DNA of 64,000 bases, taken from contig CAVZRV010000031.1 of the NCBI GenBank assembly GCA_963777605.1, forward strand, positions 192,001 to 256,000, read 5' to 3'. This stretch comes from an uncultured Acidobacteriota bacterium (GTDB lineage: Bacteria; Acidobacteriota; UBA6911; RPQK01; JAPXNP01). The notes beneath the pieces were generated by a model that was not told where the DNA came from, searched no databases, and was given only the letters and a program-made list of their open reading frames with translations. The stretch's first letter is position 1, and the number at the start of each line of letters is the position of its first letter. Positions 10,609 through 19,660 of this stretch are shown one piece after another. A program made the translations under genes and the position numbers.

Positions 10609-10678
10609 GCAGACGAGAGCGGACCCCAGGAGGACATGAAAAATGCCGCAAACCAAGTGAGGAAAGTTAGCAGAGCGT

Positions 10679-11122
10679 ATGCTGAGCAACAAGAGAATCA
10701 AGATCCTCTTCCTCTGTACAGGCAACTCCTGTCGCAGCCAGATGGCCGAAGGGTGGGCCCGGCATCTGAAAACGGACTCGATCGAGGCTTACTCCGCCGG
10801 GATCGAGACTCATGGCCTGAATCCGAACGCCGTCCGGGTGATGGCGGAAGCTGGAGTCGACATCAGCAGTCACCGATCACAGAAGGTCACTGAACTGCTC
10901 GATATTCCCTTTGACTGGGTGGTAACAGTCTGCGGCCACGCCCACGAGACCTGCCCGGTCTTTCCGGGGAAGGCGAGGATCATCCATGTCGGCTTCGACG
11001 ATCCGCCAAAGCTGGCCAGGTCAGCCAAAACGGAGGAAGAGGCACTCGGCCACTATCGCCGGGTCCGGGACGAGATCCGGGCATTCGTGGAGCGACTTCC
11101 CGGCTATCTCGAACAACAATAG
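10679..11122 (+). CDS. arsC: thioredoxin-dependent arsenate reductase (LMW-PTP fold)
   Basis: LFLCTGNSCRSQMAEG, TVC...CP, FDDP. Confidence 0.93.
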   Translation: MLSNKRIKILFLCTGNSCRSQMAEGWARHLKTDSIEAYSAGIETHGLNPNAVRVMAEAGVDISSHRSQKVTELLDIPFDWVVTVCGHAHETCPVFPGKARIIHVGFDDPPKLARSAKTEEEALGHYRRVRDEIRAFVERLPGYLEQQ

Positions 11123-11136
11123 GATCCGGCAACCGG

Positions 11137-11156
11137 TTCAGCCGAAGTCGGCTGAA
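11137..11156. other. perfect intergenic inverted repeat (hairpin or operator)
   Basis: TTCAGCCGA-AG-TCGGCTGAA between arsC and the arsF-like gene. Confidence 0.5.
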
Positions 11157-11172
11157 AAGGAAGAACCCTATC

Positions 11173-11610
11173 ATGAAAAACGCCGTCCGTGTCCTCTTTG
11201 TCCTCTTACTGATGAGCTGGGTTGCCGCATCTCCACGTGGGGAGGTTGGAGGGAGGTCTGCCGACACGCCGGCAGGTCAGATCGTCGCTTACTACTTTCA
11301 CACCACCGCCCGCTGCTCAACCTGTCTCAAGATCGAGGCGTTGGCAAAGGAAGCCATCGAGCAGACCTACGCAAGTGAACTCGAATCGGGCAGCCTGAAG
11401 TGGCAAGTGGTCAATGTCGAGACCCCGGAGAATCGCCATTACGTTCAGGATTTCAAGTTGATCACAAAGTCCCTCATCCTGGTCGATGAGGTGGATGGGA
11501 AGCCCCGGCGCTGGAAGAACCTTGACAAGATTTGGGAACTGGTCTGGAGTCCGGAAAGCTATCGAGAGTACGTTCGCTCGGAGCTGGCGCAGTTCATCAA
11601 GGGCCGCTGA
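11173..11610 (+). CDS. exported thioredoxin-fold protein, ArsF-like
   Basis: Signal peptide; YYFH...RCSTCLKIE; WKNLDKIW; adjacent to an ArsG-like gene. Confidence 0.75.
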   Translation: MKNAVRVLFVLLLMSWVAASPRGEVGGRSADTPAGQIVAYYFHTTARCSTCLKIEALAKEAIEQTYASELESGSLKWQVVNVETPENRHYVQDFKLITKSLILVDEVDGKPRRWKNLDKIWELVWSPESYREYVRSELAQFIKGR

Positions 11611-12290
11611 TGGAATCCCTCTGGATCGGTCTGTCGACGGCCCTCTGGCTAGGGATCCTAACTTCAATCAGCCCCTGCCCGTTGGCAACCAACATCGCCG
11701 CGCTCTCCTATATTTCGAAGGATGTGACGTCGATCGGGCGGGTTTTCGCCAACGGAGTTCTGTACACCGTTGGGCGGGCAGCGGCGTACACGATGATCAG
11801 CGTGGCGATCGTCACAAGCCTCACCTCGGTCTTCGAGACGGCCCAGTTTCTTCAGTCAGAGATGAACCGAGTTCTTGGTCCTTTGCTGATTCTGGCGGGC
11901 CTCGTTATTCTTCGCATCATCCCGATTCCACAGACGAGCGGGGAGTGGACCGGCAGGATTGGGCATCGTGTTGCCGACATCCCCGGCGTCGGCCCCGTGA
12001 TGCTGGGGGCCCTGTTTGCCCTGGCCTTCTGCCCGGTCTCAGCCGGGCTCTTCTTTGGCAGCCTGATACCCTTGGCCGTGGGAGTCGGCTCGGCGCTTGT
12101 GTTGCCCAGTTGCTTCGGTCTCGGGACAGCGGTTCCCGTGCTGGCGATATCGGTCCTCCTGGCAAGCGGGGCCAAGTCCGTGGGTTCGGTGTTTGGCAAA
12201 CTGAAGCAGCTTGAAGTCTGGGCTAGAAGGCTGACCGGTGCGATCTTTATGAGTGTCGGATTCTATCTCAGTTGGTTCTATCTTCTTTGA
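11610..12290 (+). CDS. ArsG-like / CcdA-DsbD family membrane protein
   Basis: LGILTSISPCPLATNIAA and ALAFCPVSA Cys-Pro pairs; about 6 TM; 1-nt overlap with the upstream stop. Confidence 0.8.
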   Translation: MESLWIGLSTALWLGILTSISPCPLATNIAALSYISKDVTSIGRVFANGVLYTVGRAAAYTMISVAIVTSLTSVFETAQFLQSEMNRVLGPLLILAGLVILRIIPIPQTSGEWTGRIGHRVADIPGVGPVMLGALFALAFCPVSAGLFFGSLIPLAVGVGSALVLPSCFGLGTAVPVLAISVLLASGAKSVGSVFGKLKQLEVWARRLTGAIFMSVGFYLSWFYLL

Positions 12291-12387
12291 ATGAGCCGCA
12301 AGGCTTCCCTGCAGACGGTCAATCGCGGGCGATCGAAGCACCGGTCTCCAGGTATTCTTAACTTTGCTGTCCAAGTCGACGTCTCCA

Positions 12388-12415
12388 ATGCGGGCAGAAA
12401 TCAAAAAGCCCGCAT
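12388..12415. terminator. possible stem-loop downstream of the ars cluster
   Basis: ATGCGGGC-N12-GCCCGCAT followed by CTTCT; weak U-tract. Confidence 0.3.
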
Positions 12416-12690
12416 CTTCTCGGAATCAAACTGGTTCTTTTTGTGTCTTGACAGAGCTCACATGAAGGCACGAATTAGCCTGATCACACTGGGCGTTCTG
12501 GGGCGGCTATGCAGCCTACTTTCAAGATCCGGATGGCCATTTGCGGGAAGTCGCCTGGAATCCGCAATCGCCGATTCCAGACTGCCGCACACAGGGAGAG
12601 CTAGGGATAGGCGGCGTTTGGAGTCGGCGGAACGATAGAGTTGCCCTTCCTGTCTTGGCCGCCGGCGCCGTTTTCGCGTATTTTCATACA

Positions 12691-13980
12691 ATGATGCAAA
12701 ATCACTCATTTGACGTCACCAACCTGGCATTTTCCCGTCGCTCGCTTCTCAGAGGTATCTCGATGCTCACCGCTGCTTCGCTGGTGGAAGGAGTCAGCAG
12801 TGCAGAGCGGACCGCGCAGCGTTCACCGCTTATGGCCTATGTGGGAACCTTCAGTTCTCCGCTGCACGATGTGCTTCCAACCCAGGTGGATTTACCGCCG
12901 GGAAATGGACGGGGGATTCATCTTTTTCAGGTTGATCGCGCCACGGGAGCGCTAACGCCGGACGGAGCTTTCGAATTAGGAACAAGTCCAAGCTGCCTGG
13001 CCGTGAATGCCGCCGGGACTCGACTTTACTCAACGAATGAGACGGATCGTGTCGGCGAAGACAAGGAAGGCACGGTCAGCGCGTTCGCCATCAACCGGGG
13101 CGACGGACAGTTGACGATTCTGAACACCGTCCCAGCCGGCGGTGCCGGCCCCACCTATGCGAGCATTCATCCATCGGGAAGGTTTCTGCTGGTGGCCAAC
13201 TACTTCGGGGGCTCTGTCGCCGTCTTTCCCATCCTGCCCGACGGCCGCCTCGCTGAGGCCTCGGACGTCAAAGTGGACTCGGGAACAATAGGGCCCCGAA
13301 GGGCCCCCCACGCTCCACCCGGAAGCTTTGCCTTCAGCGGGCACGACCGGACCCATGCGCACATGGTTGCAGCGGACCCAACGGGACGCTTCGTCTTGCA
13401 CGTCGATCTGGGTCTGGATCAGATCTTTATTTGGAGATTCGACCAGGAGCGCGGCGTTTTGATCCCGAACGATCCCCACAGGATTTCACTTCCACCCGGG
13501 GATGGACCCCGGCATTTTGATTTTCACCCGAATGGGCGCTGGTTCTACTCGATCCAGGAAGAAGGGTCAACGATCGTCCTGTTTGACTATGATGCAACCA
13601 AGGGAAGCCTTTCACCGCGCCAGACGATATCCACACTGCCGCCCGGATTCGCCGGGAGCAACTTCTGCTCTGAGATCCTGGTTTCCGGGGATGGACGGTT
13701 TGTCTATGCGGGCAACCGTGTCCACGACAGCGTCGGCATCTTCTCGGTGGGTTCCGACGGAGAATTGACGTTCGTCGGAGAAGAATGGACCCGCGGCAAC
13801 TACCCGCGGAGCTTCAACTTCGGTCCCGGCGGTGGGTTCTTCTACATCTGCAACCAGCGCGACGACAATGTCACGGTCTTCCGGGTGGATCGGAATAGCG
13901 GCCGATTGGCGTTCACCGGCCACTATGCGGCGGTCGGCAACCCCTCCGCGATCGTGTTTGTTGATCTTGCGTCGGCTTAG
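12691..13980 (+). CDS. lactonase family (6-phosphogluconolactonase-like) beta-propeller, Tat signal
   Basis: SRRSLL Tat motif; AYVGT, LVANY, HAH, GPRH, YPRSF motifs. Confidence 0.9.
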   Translation: MMQNHSFDVTNLAFSRRSLLRGISMLTAASLVEGVSSAERTAQRSPLMAYVGTFSSPLHDVLPTQVDLPPGNGRGIHLFQVDRATGALTPDGAFELGTSPSCLAVNAAGTRLYSTNETDRVGEDKEGTVSAFAINRGDGQLTILNTVPAGGAGPTYASIHPSGRFLLVANYFGGSVAVFPILPDGRLAEASDVKVDSGTIGPRRAPHAPPGSFAFSGHDRTHAHMVAADPTGRFVLHVDLGLDQIFIWRFDQERGVLIPNDPHRISLPPGDGPRHFDFHPNGRWFYSIQEEGSTIVLFDYDATKGSLSPRQTISTLPPGFAGSNFCSEILVSGDGRFVYAGNRVHDSVGIFSVGSDGELTFVGEEWTRGNYPRSFNFGPGGGFFYICNQRDDNVTVFRVDRNSGRLAFTGHYAAVGNPSAIVFVDLASA

Positions 13981-14042
13981 CAGTGGTCCAACAACGCCCT
14001 GGAGGTGCTCAATTGGACAGCAGTGTTTCACGACGATCAATC

Positions 14043-14468
14043 CTAACCATTGTCTTTGAACAAATCTTTCATTGTTTTTCCAACTGCGTCCATGTCGTGA
14101 CTGAAGTTCGTTTTGAACTCCTGCCATTTACTCTCGCCCTCGTCTTTATATTCGTCCAACGCTCTCTTCAGGTCGCGATTCTTTTGCTCCAAATCTGCCA
14201 CTTCTTTGTCGTATTTCGCGTTGGTATCGGCATTGGTTCCTTCTTCGTGGATCTTTGCTTTAAATGCTTCAATCCTTTCTTCATTGGACCTGATTTGTTC
14301 TTCAGAAACCGTCTTGAACTTTTGCCACTCTGAAACGTAATCTGCTCTTGCATTCTTCAAGTCTTGGCTGGCTGCCTCGACCTTCTGCTCTGGCGTTTGT
14401 CCACAGCTCACCAAAAACATTCCTGCAACAGCTCCCATGGCAGCGAAAATGAGTATTTTCTTTTTCAT
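14043..14468 (-). CDS. hypothetical coiled-coil lipoprotein
   Basis: MKKK plus hydrophobic stretch plus LVSC lipobox; KWQEFK..F..DM helical C-terminus; AAGGAG RBS; AT-rich. Confidence 0.8.
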   Translation of the reverse strand: MKKKILIFAAMGAVAGMFLVSCGQTPEQKVEAASQDLKNARADYVSEWQKFKTVSEEQIRSNEERIEAFKAKIHEEGTNADTNAKYDKEVADLEQKNRDLKRALDEYKDEGESKWQEFKTNFSHDMDAVGKTMKDLFKDNG

Positions 14469-14503
14469 GGTTCTCCTTCCTTAAATGGAAACGAACGCGC
14501 CCA

Positions 14504-14584
14504 CTACCGATGCCAACGGGAGTAGCCAAAGCCGCCGCCGGTCAATAACAATACCACTAATAGAACAATCAATAAGGTTGACAT
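14504..14584 (-). CDS. 26-aa membrane microprotein (DUF3309-like)
   Basis: MSTLLIVLLVVLLLTGGGFGYSRWHR*, GAGGT RBS; below the ORF-track cutoff. Confidence 0.7.
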   Translation of the reverse strand: MSTLLIVLLVVLLLTGGGFGYSRWHR

Positions 14585-15338
14585 AACTACCTCACACTCG
14601 AAAGAGAAAGTCGGTGGAACAGCCTCCATGGATCTCCCGCCACTTTCCCATCTCCCTTCAGCTTAAACGTGGAGAAGTTCTTCGTCAGTTCATAAGTGCA
14701 CTGAAGTCTGTTCACTTATGCACACCGGCAGCTGAAGATTCGCTCGACGAAGCAAAGGCCCCGTATAGCCCGGGATGATGACGCTGGTCGCCGTAGCCAC
14801 CACCACCGCCTCTACAGCAGAGCAGTAGTCTTCGGCCTTACCTGCAAGATGTTCTTCTGAGAGTTGGCCCCCGTCATCGACATCATGCTCCGGATTCGAA
14901 GCATTGAGTGTGGACCAGAATTGATCATGGGCCACCTATGCCCCTACTGCGATGGAACTGGAACTTGCCGCACCTGCTCAGGCACTGGCAAAGACGCATC
15001 CGATCAAAGCGGAGCAGTGTACGTCTCCGGCGAAAGTGGGACAGTCGGGTCTCCGAATTAAGAGAGACTTTGTGTCTCAGCTGACCTGGCTAATTGTGCA
15101 TTGACGGTTGGAGTCTCGCGAAAGGCCGATTATTGTGGCAATCTTGAGGTGAGATGAGAATGGCTGAGGCTGGAGCAGCGAAGTTGAGGACGCCCTGTTC
15201 CGGTCCTGTCTCAGCCTTCGGTCACCGGGTGTCTGCGGAAGCCGGTCTTTCAGCCGACGTAGTCTCTGTCACGGACAGGCTATCCGGGCAACCCCCGGGC
15301 GGTTTTCACCATCAGCAGCGGAAAGAGGGAAGCGTCTT

Positions 15339-16247
15339 ATGAAACGTCGAGAGTTCCTGGAAGGCGGAGTGAGCGCAGCCTTGGTCGTGGGACAGGCAAG
15401 TACGGGAAGCAGCCTCGGCTCCAGGGGCACTGAAACGGATCCGGGCACCCTGGCCATCGCCTGTTTTCAAGGGCGGTGCGCTGAGGACTTCGATCAGAAC
15501 TTGGCCCGAGTCCTGGAGGTCATGGACCAGTGCGGAAGGGACGGGTATGACTTCCTCTGCTTTCCCGAAGCCTATCTTTCCAACTACACCGCTGAACTGT
15601 CGGTCCCGCTGACAGATTCTCGAGTGCGTGCGATGACCGAGGCTTCGGCAAAACACGACATGGTATCCGTGGTCGGGGTCTCCGAACTCGAAGGGGACCG
15701 GGTCTTCAACACGGCCCTGGTCCTGTACCGGGGTGAGGTCCTGGGCAAGTACCGGAAAAGCATGCTGACGGGCAGCGACAAGAAGGTCTATGCCAGCGAC
15801 TACTCCCTTCCGGTTTTTGAGGCGAAGGGGCTGACCTTCGGGGTGATCATCTGCCACGACTCTTCTTTCCTCGAACCGGCCCTGACAATGCGCTGCAAGG
15901 GGGCCCGGCTTCTGTTCAGCCCGCACTACAACCGCATTCCGGCCGACCGGATGGATGAACATCGAAGGAAAGTCCGAAATACCCACATCGGACTCGCCAC
16001 GCACATGCAAATGGTCGTGGTCCGATCCAACGTGGTCGGCTGGTCGGAGGAGGGGCTGGGATACGGAGACAGCACGATCTTCTCCCCCCTCGGGGAACCG
16101 GTCGCCGTCGCCCCGCTGTTCCAGGAGACGGTCATCAGCGCGAGGTTTGAGCGTTCGGATTTCGAGCGGGAAGACTGGTCTTCCCGAAAGGAGATCCCTC
16201 GAGAGGTGACCGATCAGCTCATCAAGGCAATTACAAACGGAGTCTAG
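15339..16247 (+). CDS. carbon-nitrogen hydrolase (nitrilase superfamily) with Tat signal
   Basis: KRREFL; triad residues FPE, YRK, ICHD; GDSTIFSPLG. Confidence 0.88.
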   Translation: MKRREFLEGGVSAALVVGQASTGSSLGSRGTETDPGTLAIACFQGRCAEDFDQNLARVLEVMDQCGRDGYDFLCFPEAYLSNYTAELSVPLTDSRVRAMTEASAKHDMVSVVGVSELEGDRVFNTALVLYRGEVLGKYRKSMLTGSDKKVYASDYSLPVFEAKGLTFGVIICHDSSFLEPALTMRCKGARLLFSPHYNRIPADRMDEHRRKVRNTHIGLATHMQMVVVRSNVVGWSEEGLGYGDSTIFSPLGEPVAVAPLFQETVISARFERSDFEREDWSSRKEIPREVTDQLIKAITNGV

Positions 16248-16470
16248 AATTGCCCAGGTTCCGCAATGTAGAGCTCTGCCATCTCACTCGCGAACTTCTC
16301 TGCCACTTGAGGCTAAATATCGAATGCTTTGACCTTCCTGATCTGGAATGTACTTAACAGAGCTTCAAGATTACTTCTGCCCTGAACCCGGCAGGCGACA
16401 CGAGGGCTCTCGCAGCAGCAAACGTTGATCAACCTACGATGTACTGTCTAGAAGGGGATTGTCGGAGACT

Positions 16471-17033
16471 ATGAACTCAAAGCCTCGACGTACGTTTCTT
16501 GGGAGCATTCTCGCACTGCCGCTTATTGGTGCTATCCGTGGCGGTGCCAGCGCGGAAGAGTCGGAGCGACGCGGGATCCGAGTGATGGCAGATCAAGATC
16601 GGCACGGGCATCGGCGGAAGGTGTTCGGTTCGTTGCCAGTCGATGTGAAGGTATCTGGAACGGATACGGACGGAGGTCTGCTGGTCATCGAGCAAATCGA
16701 CGAGCGGAAAGGAGGGCCTCCACGTCACATCCACTATCTGCAGGACGAGTGGTCTTACGTCGTCCGCGGGCAATACGTAGTCGAGATAGGTGGAGAGCGC
16801 CACGAAGTTCGGAGTGGTGACTCGGTTCTCGCTCCACGTGCTATTCCGCATGTATGGGCCCACGTAGGCGAAGGCACTGGTCGGATGCTGATCGGATTCC
16901 AGCCGGCCGGACAGATGGAAGCCTTCTTCGCGGAGGCCACCAAGCTTGACGGGATTCCGGCGGGGCCGGAACTGGCTCGGTTGTTTCGCGAACATGGTAG
17001 GAGGTCCTCGGACCGCCATTGGAGCTGGTGTAG
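16471..17033 (+). CDS. cupin domain protein with Tat signal (frameshift near 16999)
   Basis: PRRTFL; GPPRHIH...DE...PRAIPH; shifted frame ends EVLGPPLELV* at 17033. Confidence 0.8.
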
Positions 17034-17054
17034 GGTTCTATGCTGCCTGACCAG

Positions 17055-17150
17055 TTACAGATCGATCAGGGTGGCGTCCAGACTCACCAAAGGGTTCCTG
17101 AATCGAGATGGCTTGCGTCGCTGACCGGAGCGCAACCGGACATTGCCCCG
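17055..17150 (-). mobile_element. short remnant of an IS4-family transposase
   Basis: RRKPSRFRNPLVSLDATLIDL* resembles the region around the first catalytic Asp (LDAT.IDL) of IS4/DDE_Tnp_1 transposases. Confidence 0.5.
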
Positions 17151-17877
17151 CTAAGAGTCGAAAGACCTCTTCTCCGGCCCTTGGTCCTGCCCGTTCCCGT
17201 TCCCGGTGCCACGGAGCTGAATCCGCAACATGCCTACAGACTCAAAGCAGAAGGGCCGGTGTCCGTTCAGAATGCATCGATCCACCGATCGCCCGTCGAA
17301 ATGGAGTCGATTGTGATCCAGGAGCGCTACCCGCCGAGTTCCGAAATAGAACCCTATGCCCTCAACGGTGCACTCCAATCCGTCGGCAAAAATCGCCCCA
17401 ATGACGGTGCCGCTCGCCGCAGAAAACTGGACTTTGAGGGGTATTCCCTCGGCGCCCAACGGATACATAATCCGAACTCCCCATTTGAAGAAGTGATGAA
17501 TATTGCAGACAACTCCACCCCGACTTGCCCAATCAGTCAGTAAATTACCCGGAATTGTCCCCAATGACGGGCATGTTCGTGCCGCCATCCGTCAGAATCG
17601 TCGCTCTCCGGGCTATTCTTGCTCCCGGAGAAATTCCGTGTATGTTCAATACTGCACACGGATCTGTTTAGTTTTGTACAGTGGGGCAGGATCTCCCCGG
17701 GTTGAAGCGGACACGCGTTTCTTCCCGTGGGACGCCTTCCGGTCGAAAGAGAAACCTCTTCCTCGCTTTCGCGCTGATCTTGGTTATGACCGTATACTGA
17801 CTCGAATCGAGCTTGTTGAAGAAACGGGTTGCAGCGGATGAGTTCCTGGTTCCTGGTTTCTCGTTCCTGGAGGGAGA

Positions 17878-18152
17878 GTAGTCCGGGCAGGCCCTGCCTG
17901 ATATGGCGGCCGGGCAGCTTGCCCGGCGGCAGTGAACATTCTCAATCCAGGATTCTTGAATTCCGGTTCGTTCTGAAACCGTCCGCCGCCGGGACTGAAT
18001 CGCACTTTCAGTGCTGCATTGCCGTCTTGGCTCCGATTCCCGGGGCGTTGCCGCCGGGCTGGAAATGACCCTGCGCCGTTGGCGCGCTCATCTGGCGATG
18101 CTTCACCAGTTTCACTCTCTGAATGGTCCGGCGCCGCCGGGGGCCCGACTGA
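17878..18152 (-). repeat. dispersed composite REP/MITE-like repeat, family A copy 1
   Basis: Reverse complement aligns end to end by eye with 38247-38522, e.g. CAGCCCGGCGGCAACGCCCCGGGAAT, CTGAAAGTGCG.TTCAGTCCC, GCCGGGCAAGCTGCCCGG. Confidence 0.8.
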
Positions 18153-18526
18153 CTTGAAACTTCACTTTGAATGAACTGGAAATCCTGGATGATTTGGACG
18201 CGTCTGGAAGGGGATTCAGGCGATCGGTGGAACTCAGAAGCCGTGGCTCTCGGCTGAATCCTGGATACCCCGATTTCAGAACGCGAGCGAGTGTCAGCGA
18301 GCGCGACTCCGGACGATGGTAAGTCACCAGAAGTGCTGCCGGAGGCCGGAACCGCGGGATGGAATCAAGATCCGGGATGGGCACTGGATGAAAGTCTGGC
18401 GTCGTTAAAATGGCAAGATGAACATGACGCCCGGTTACCTTGACAGAACCTTCGCGAGAAGTGCCCGATCCAGCTCGACGAGTGCATTCGTAAGGAGCCT
18501 GGATTGAAGCAGGCCATCATTCGGGA

Positions 18527-18680
18527 TCACTGGTCGAATCTCTTCGAAATCAAGTCGCCGAAATCAGGCAGCAAATCATACTTGTCCAACCACGTCGTGT
18601 ACATAATGCCCAAACCCCCCGGCGTCGACTCGAGGGCTTCGAGCCATCCATCGACGTCCTTCAGGTCATCCGCATCTAAG
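18527..18680 (-). pseudogene. orphan C-terminal fragment of a TIM-barrel hydrolase-like protein
   Basis: DADDLKDVDGWLEALESTPGGLGIMYTTWLDKYDLL is protein-like but has no plausible N-terminus or RBS. Confidence 0.4.
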
Positions 18681-18918
18681 AACAGTTTTGACTGGACAGT
18701 GGTGTAGCGGCTTCGCCTGATCAGGTACAGCACCAGGTTGCGAACCCGAACCCTTCGGTTTGGCGGCACCGGGATGAGCTGTTTTGGACAGAGCAGCGAG
18801 CAATATCGAACTGCAAATCCGCCTGACCTCCTTCCATGATGAGTTCAGGCCCGCTCAACAGGGTGAAGCCTGCCCAGAATACAAGTCAACCAACTCTGAG
18901 AATCCGGGAGAAGGAATC

Positions 18919-19470
18919 ATGTCAAAGAAACAAGCGATGGTGGCCATCTACACCAGACATACCGAGGCCGAAAGCGCAATCAAGAAACTTCAAAGAGCCG
19001 ACTTCGACATGAAGAAACTCTCCATTGTCGGAAAAGATTTCCACTCTGAAGAACATGTCACCGGTTACTACAACACCGGAGACAGGATGAAGTACTGGGG
19101 AAAACTGGGCGCTTTTTGGGGCGGGGTTTGGGGACTGTTGCTGGGAGCCGCCTTCTTTGCCATCCCTGGGGTCGGGCCGGTCCTGGTGGCGGGACCGTTG
19201 GTTACCTGGATCGTCGGAGCCCTGGAAGGCGCGATCGTCGTGGGTGGCGTGAGCGCTCTCGGCGCGGGACTGTACAGCATCGGCATCCCAAAAGACAGCG
19301 TGCTCAAATATGAAACCGCAATTAAGGGGGACAAGTTCCTTGTCCTCGCCCATGGCACTGCCGAGGAGGTCAGCCGTGCCCAGGACATCATTCGTACCAC
19401 CCATCCTTCTGAGGTTGCCGCCCATGAGCTGAAAACCAGGGAGGAGCCGGAACCGGTCGCGAAGCCCTGA
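18919..19470 (+). CDS. general stress protein (17M-like / DUF1269-related) membrane protein
   Basis: AE.AIK.LQ..DFDMKKLSIVGKD; glycine-zipper IPGVGPVLVAGPL; GAGAAGGA RBS. Confidence 0.85.
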   Translation: MSKKQAMVAIYTRHTEAESAIKKLQRADFDMKKLSIVGKDFHSEEHVTGYYNTGDRMKYWGKLGAFWGGVWGLLLGAAFFAIPGVGPVLVAGPLVTWIVGALEGAIVVGGVSALGAGLYSIGIPKDSVLKYETAIKGDKFLVLAHGTAEEVSRAQDIIRTTHPSEVAAHELKTREEPEPVAKP

Positions 19471-19660
19471 ATGCTCCAGAAACTGGAAGCTGGTCAGAGG
19501 GCCCACCCTCTCTGCATGAATCAACTTGCACTTGTGTCCCGGAGAACCGCGGATAGTGACGAAAGTTCACCGAGAAGGGCTGCTGAAGATGGCGTTCCGC
19601 ACCGTGGCATGTCAATGATCGAAGAATCAAGGTCGCACCGAAGTTTGAACGGAGGAACCG

